A stretch of DNA of 32,000 bases from an uncultured bacterium (GTDB lineage: Bacteria; Patescibacteriota; Gracilibacteria; UBA1369; PNNO01). The notes below the pieces were generated by a model that saw only the letters and a list, made by a program, of their open reading frames with translations, did no database searches and was not told where the DNA came from. Positions within the stretch are counted from its first letter, which is position 1. The number at the start of each line of letters is the position of its first letter. Where the stretch lies: assembly GCA_963704705.1 (NCBI GenBank), contig OY969931.1, forward strand, positions 1,342,546 to 1,374,545. Direction: 5' to 3'. This document shows positions 30,401 to 32,000 of this stretch, piece by piece. The position numbers and the translations under genes are program-made.

Positions 30401-32000
30401 CGGAGCTACCGATAGCGAATTCTTAAATTATGATTATATTAAAGTCGGGCAGTTAGATGTATCTGCTTCAGGCAATTATGAAGGATTACTTGGTACAAAC
30501 ACCGCACAAACTTCTTATCTTTGGAACCCTGGAACCTCTTCAATTTACGGTACTGTGCTGATCGACGGAGACGCGACCGAAGTGGCAAAATGGTACTCTG
30601 AAAACGCGCTATGGAATTACGCAACCGGTGTTATTACAAACAATGGAATATTGGAAAAAACAACAAGTGTAAATAATCTTGAAAACAAAGGCGGAACAAT
30701 TCGTTCCGGAATTTATTCTACATTCATACTTCCGGGTCTCTCTCCTGGTTTCGAACATGAAACCGGCGCATTCACGGAATTTGCAGGTAATGTTACCGTC
30801 TCAACTATTGAGGCTGATGGCGGATATATGTGTTTTGGCGAATATAACGATATCGGCTCAACCTGTGAGCACAGTTCAACTGATCCGGTAACTGAATTTA
30901 CGGAGATAAACGGTGCGCCTACAATCTTTGATGATAACGGCTCAACTATTGATATAGCTAATGACATGACGTTCCTAAACGGTGTTAACGGCCTTACTAA
31001 TGATATCTTCTATATTTACGGCGGTTCAGTTGTAAATCAAACCGCTGATTCTTATGTACAGTTGCAGGATCATGTAAGTATGATCGTTGACGGTACATCT
31101 TCTAGTTATGCTTCGGAGGGTAATTTTGATATTAAAGGAACGGGTATTGGAAATCACGGATATTTAAGAGTAAGAAACAGAGCTAACTCACAATTAAACG
31201 GTCCAACAAATAATATCGGATCCATAATAATGAGCGGGGGTGTGAATGGCGATCAAACCATGCTTCAAATTGGTTCGGGAGCAACGGTAAATATTATTGA
31301 TACCTCAAGCGAAAACGGTAAAACAGGTGCTCTGCTTATTGGTTTAACTGATGTACCCGGAAATGAAATTTTAGTTAATGAGGGTGTTTTAAACTTAAAT
31401 TCAGGTGGAACTCAGAACATTCATTTAGGCATCGACTCCCCTGTAAACTGGGGTACCGACGGCATTACCATTGCCGCGGGTGGCTCATTGCAGCACACTA
31501 ACGGCTCAAATGGAACTCTTGATATTAATGATACTGGATTTATTTATGTCCAGGACGATTCAAACGCTGACCTTGATATGGATATCAACGGTTATACATA
31601 TATCGGCGGACATTTCGATCATACAAACAAGCATCATGGTGCGTTTGTTGACGGTCAGTTCAGATGTCAGGATTATCTTGATGTTGAAAGTGACGGTTTG
31701 ATGGATGTTGGATTAAACGGTGTCGTTACCGTTGCCGGTTCAACAACCGATGTTTACGGGGATGTGGAGTTGGACGGAACTTTGAATTCCGGCGACTTAA
31801 CAGTTTATTCGGGCGGTATTATTTCTTCAGGTGACGGTTCAGATGTAACAACCGGCGAAGGATGCGGACCTTTAGGCCAGTTCGGATGCGGAACAACAAC
31901 AAATTTCTATATAAATGCTGATAGTCTTGATGTTCAAAGCGGAGGTAAAATTTCATCTGACGGAGTGAGTGAAGACGAAACAAATACTACAATTACAACC
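27471..32000 (+). CDS. Third giant secreted beta-repeat protein, 3' truncated by the window edge (at least 1510 codons); absent from the supplied ORF track
   Basis: ATG at 27471 gives MKKTKTNILAAIIGILLGSISIWLMPGALAQDSSVAQIQVEVKSGCNWQGTPYASDLWVLDDTICILTG...; translated by eye and found open through to ...SLDVQSGGKISSDGVSEDETNTTITT at base 32000. Confidence 0.88.
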   Translation, partial: MKKTKTNILAAIIGILLGSISIWLMPGALAQDSSVAQIQVEVKSGCNWQGTPYASDLWVLDDTICILTGTHDIGANDVVVYEDDGGGGQLGGILIIGSDGVDTDITVGSTLINNGTLEIGVSGDPATNSNLQVNGTSIISATGSDGNLNILANSDTSSTCGPSFTDPCGNNTIELGSSLTIASSSTGGTFTNNDDSTTSTIDSISIYGPTQLNHGLLENLAGTITVTNQIDMYGYGEINNDGILTLGNVASYWNNYASADNSGTFNSPNTINIYSGSTLTNTGTWNGGTLYFTGSGTSENNSGTMNLSTLNFISSGTFNNTGTGDINVTGNIILNSGGTINNNDTGTVTVDAGTYIYNASSDINNNSSWQTDLLQIGLLPTAIGGSFNNYGSLSFPSPSVTSMNIINGGDLNNESTGTITVPTNIYMEGASGQISTITNTNTTDTDAIDVTGQINMDAYSLINNSGNLSTSGTNNIDIQDNGATITNTTNGYINLKGSAQEFNFDVAIDNDGTINTVSSALILSDTADLNNTTNGIVDINGSGKDLTLNNSANIDNAGVFNVIDATYLNDTSTTTQTAGDFNTVTLYLNDTTSAEANFTMSAGTVDVTGYTYVYDGGTVNNNVININGGTLNTATLRIGEIGSTNGGIINVDLTGSLSVIGGTYDHIYKGTLDIKSTSTATTPFTFDDRIYINGDGTEKGIINHNGSGTVHAYSWLSVYEYGEINIDNGIWNQHNSDFNVLSNAAGDIHGELNIGTNGTLYDVNILYAGRYDYGVSQNRPGGNIVNNGNMTAPGGGGDLMWLNWGGRLENYGTIDLGPTGYIEMDTRETFWTATGRSNYFLNDTGASFTSNNFLMYDNNDDPGNSHERDNLVDNNGSITIYHEMYLGNSSYDGGIINNNSDIQIAYKLWVYKGGVFNNNPDATVTGITSGTPDTMNILTVRGADALGNKATYNQFEGTDSPTQAYKTVTDNLSIGFTGATDSEFLNYDYIKVGQLDVSASGNYEGLLGTNTAQTSYLWNPGTSSIYGTVLIDGDATEVAKWYSENALWNYATGVITNNGILEKTTSVNNLENKGGTIRSGIYSTFILPGLSPGFEHETGAFTEFAGNVTVSTIEADGGYMCFGEYNDIGSTCEHSSTDPVTEFTEINGAPTIFDDNGSTIDIANDMTFLNGVNGLTNDIFYIYGGSVVNQTADSYVQLQDHVSMIVDGTSSSYASEGNFDIKGTGIGNHGYLRVRNRANSQLNGPTNNIGSIIMSGGVNGDQTMLQIGSGATVNIIDTSSENGKTGALLIGLTDVPGNEILVNEGVLNLNSGGTQNIHLGIDSPVNWGTDGITIAAGGSLQHTNGSNGTLDINDTGFIYVQDDSNADLDMDINGYTYIGGHFDHTNKHHGAFVDGQFRCQDYLDVESDGLMDVGLNGVVTVAGSTTDVYGDVELDGTLNSGDLTVYSGGIISSGDGSDVTTGEGCGPLGQFGCGTTTNFYINADSLDVQSGGKISSDGVSEDETNTTITT

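Noticed and set aside
13373-32000. Contact-dependent inhibition or polymorphic toxin system
   Set aside because: No two-partner secretion gene, toxin domain or small immunity ORF is seen between the giant genes. The catalytic domain is N-terminal, not C-terminal.

Overview
AT-rich bacterial window, coding as standard code 11. The compact, mostly Shine-Dalgarno-poor gene style and giant secreted proteins suggest a CPR/Patescibacteria-type genome; this assignment is inference only. Left part: 5'-truncated topA, a secreted protein with GWxWxxNxGWI motifs, a small REP-associated tyrosine transposase (RAYT/Y1) surrounded by a family of short ACTTAGTA/TACTAAGT palindromic repeats occupying four gene junctions, a phosphomannomutase/phosphoglucomutase, a membrane GT2-like glycosyltransferase, and a minus-strand smpB-nadE-nadM (archaeal-type NMNAT) cluster. 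Middle: an 886-aa secreted protein with markedly higher GC than its neighbours, a propeller-like N-terminus, seven Cys-rich repeats, a MYXO-CTERM-like C-terminal sorting signal, and a canonical Shine-Dalgarno that its neighbours lack. Right part: at least 18.6 kb of tandem giant secreted proteins. These are a 3317-aa FTP/M4-M36-like metalloprotease fused to a very long predicted beta-helix region, a 1376-aa paralog-like protein, and a third ORF (27471 to window end, at least 1510 aa) that is missing from the supplied ORF track. The three are separated by only 6-7 nt with a near-identical stop/start junction. The strongest candidates for something undescribed are the RAYT/REP family and the giant exoprotein array.
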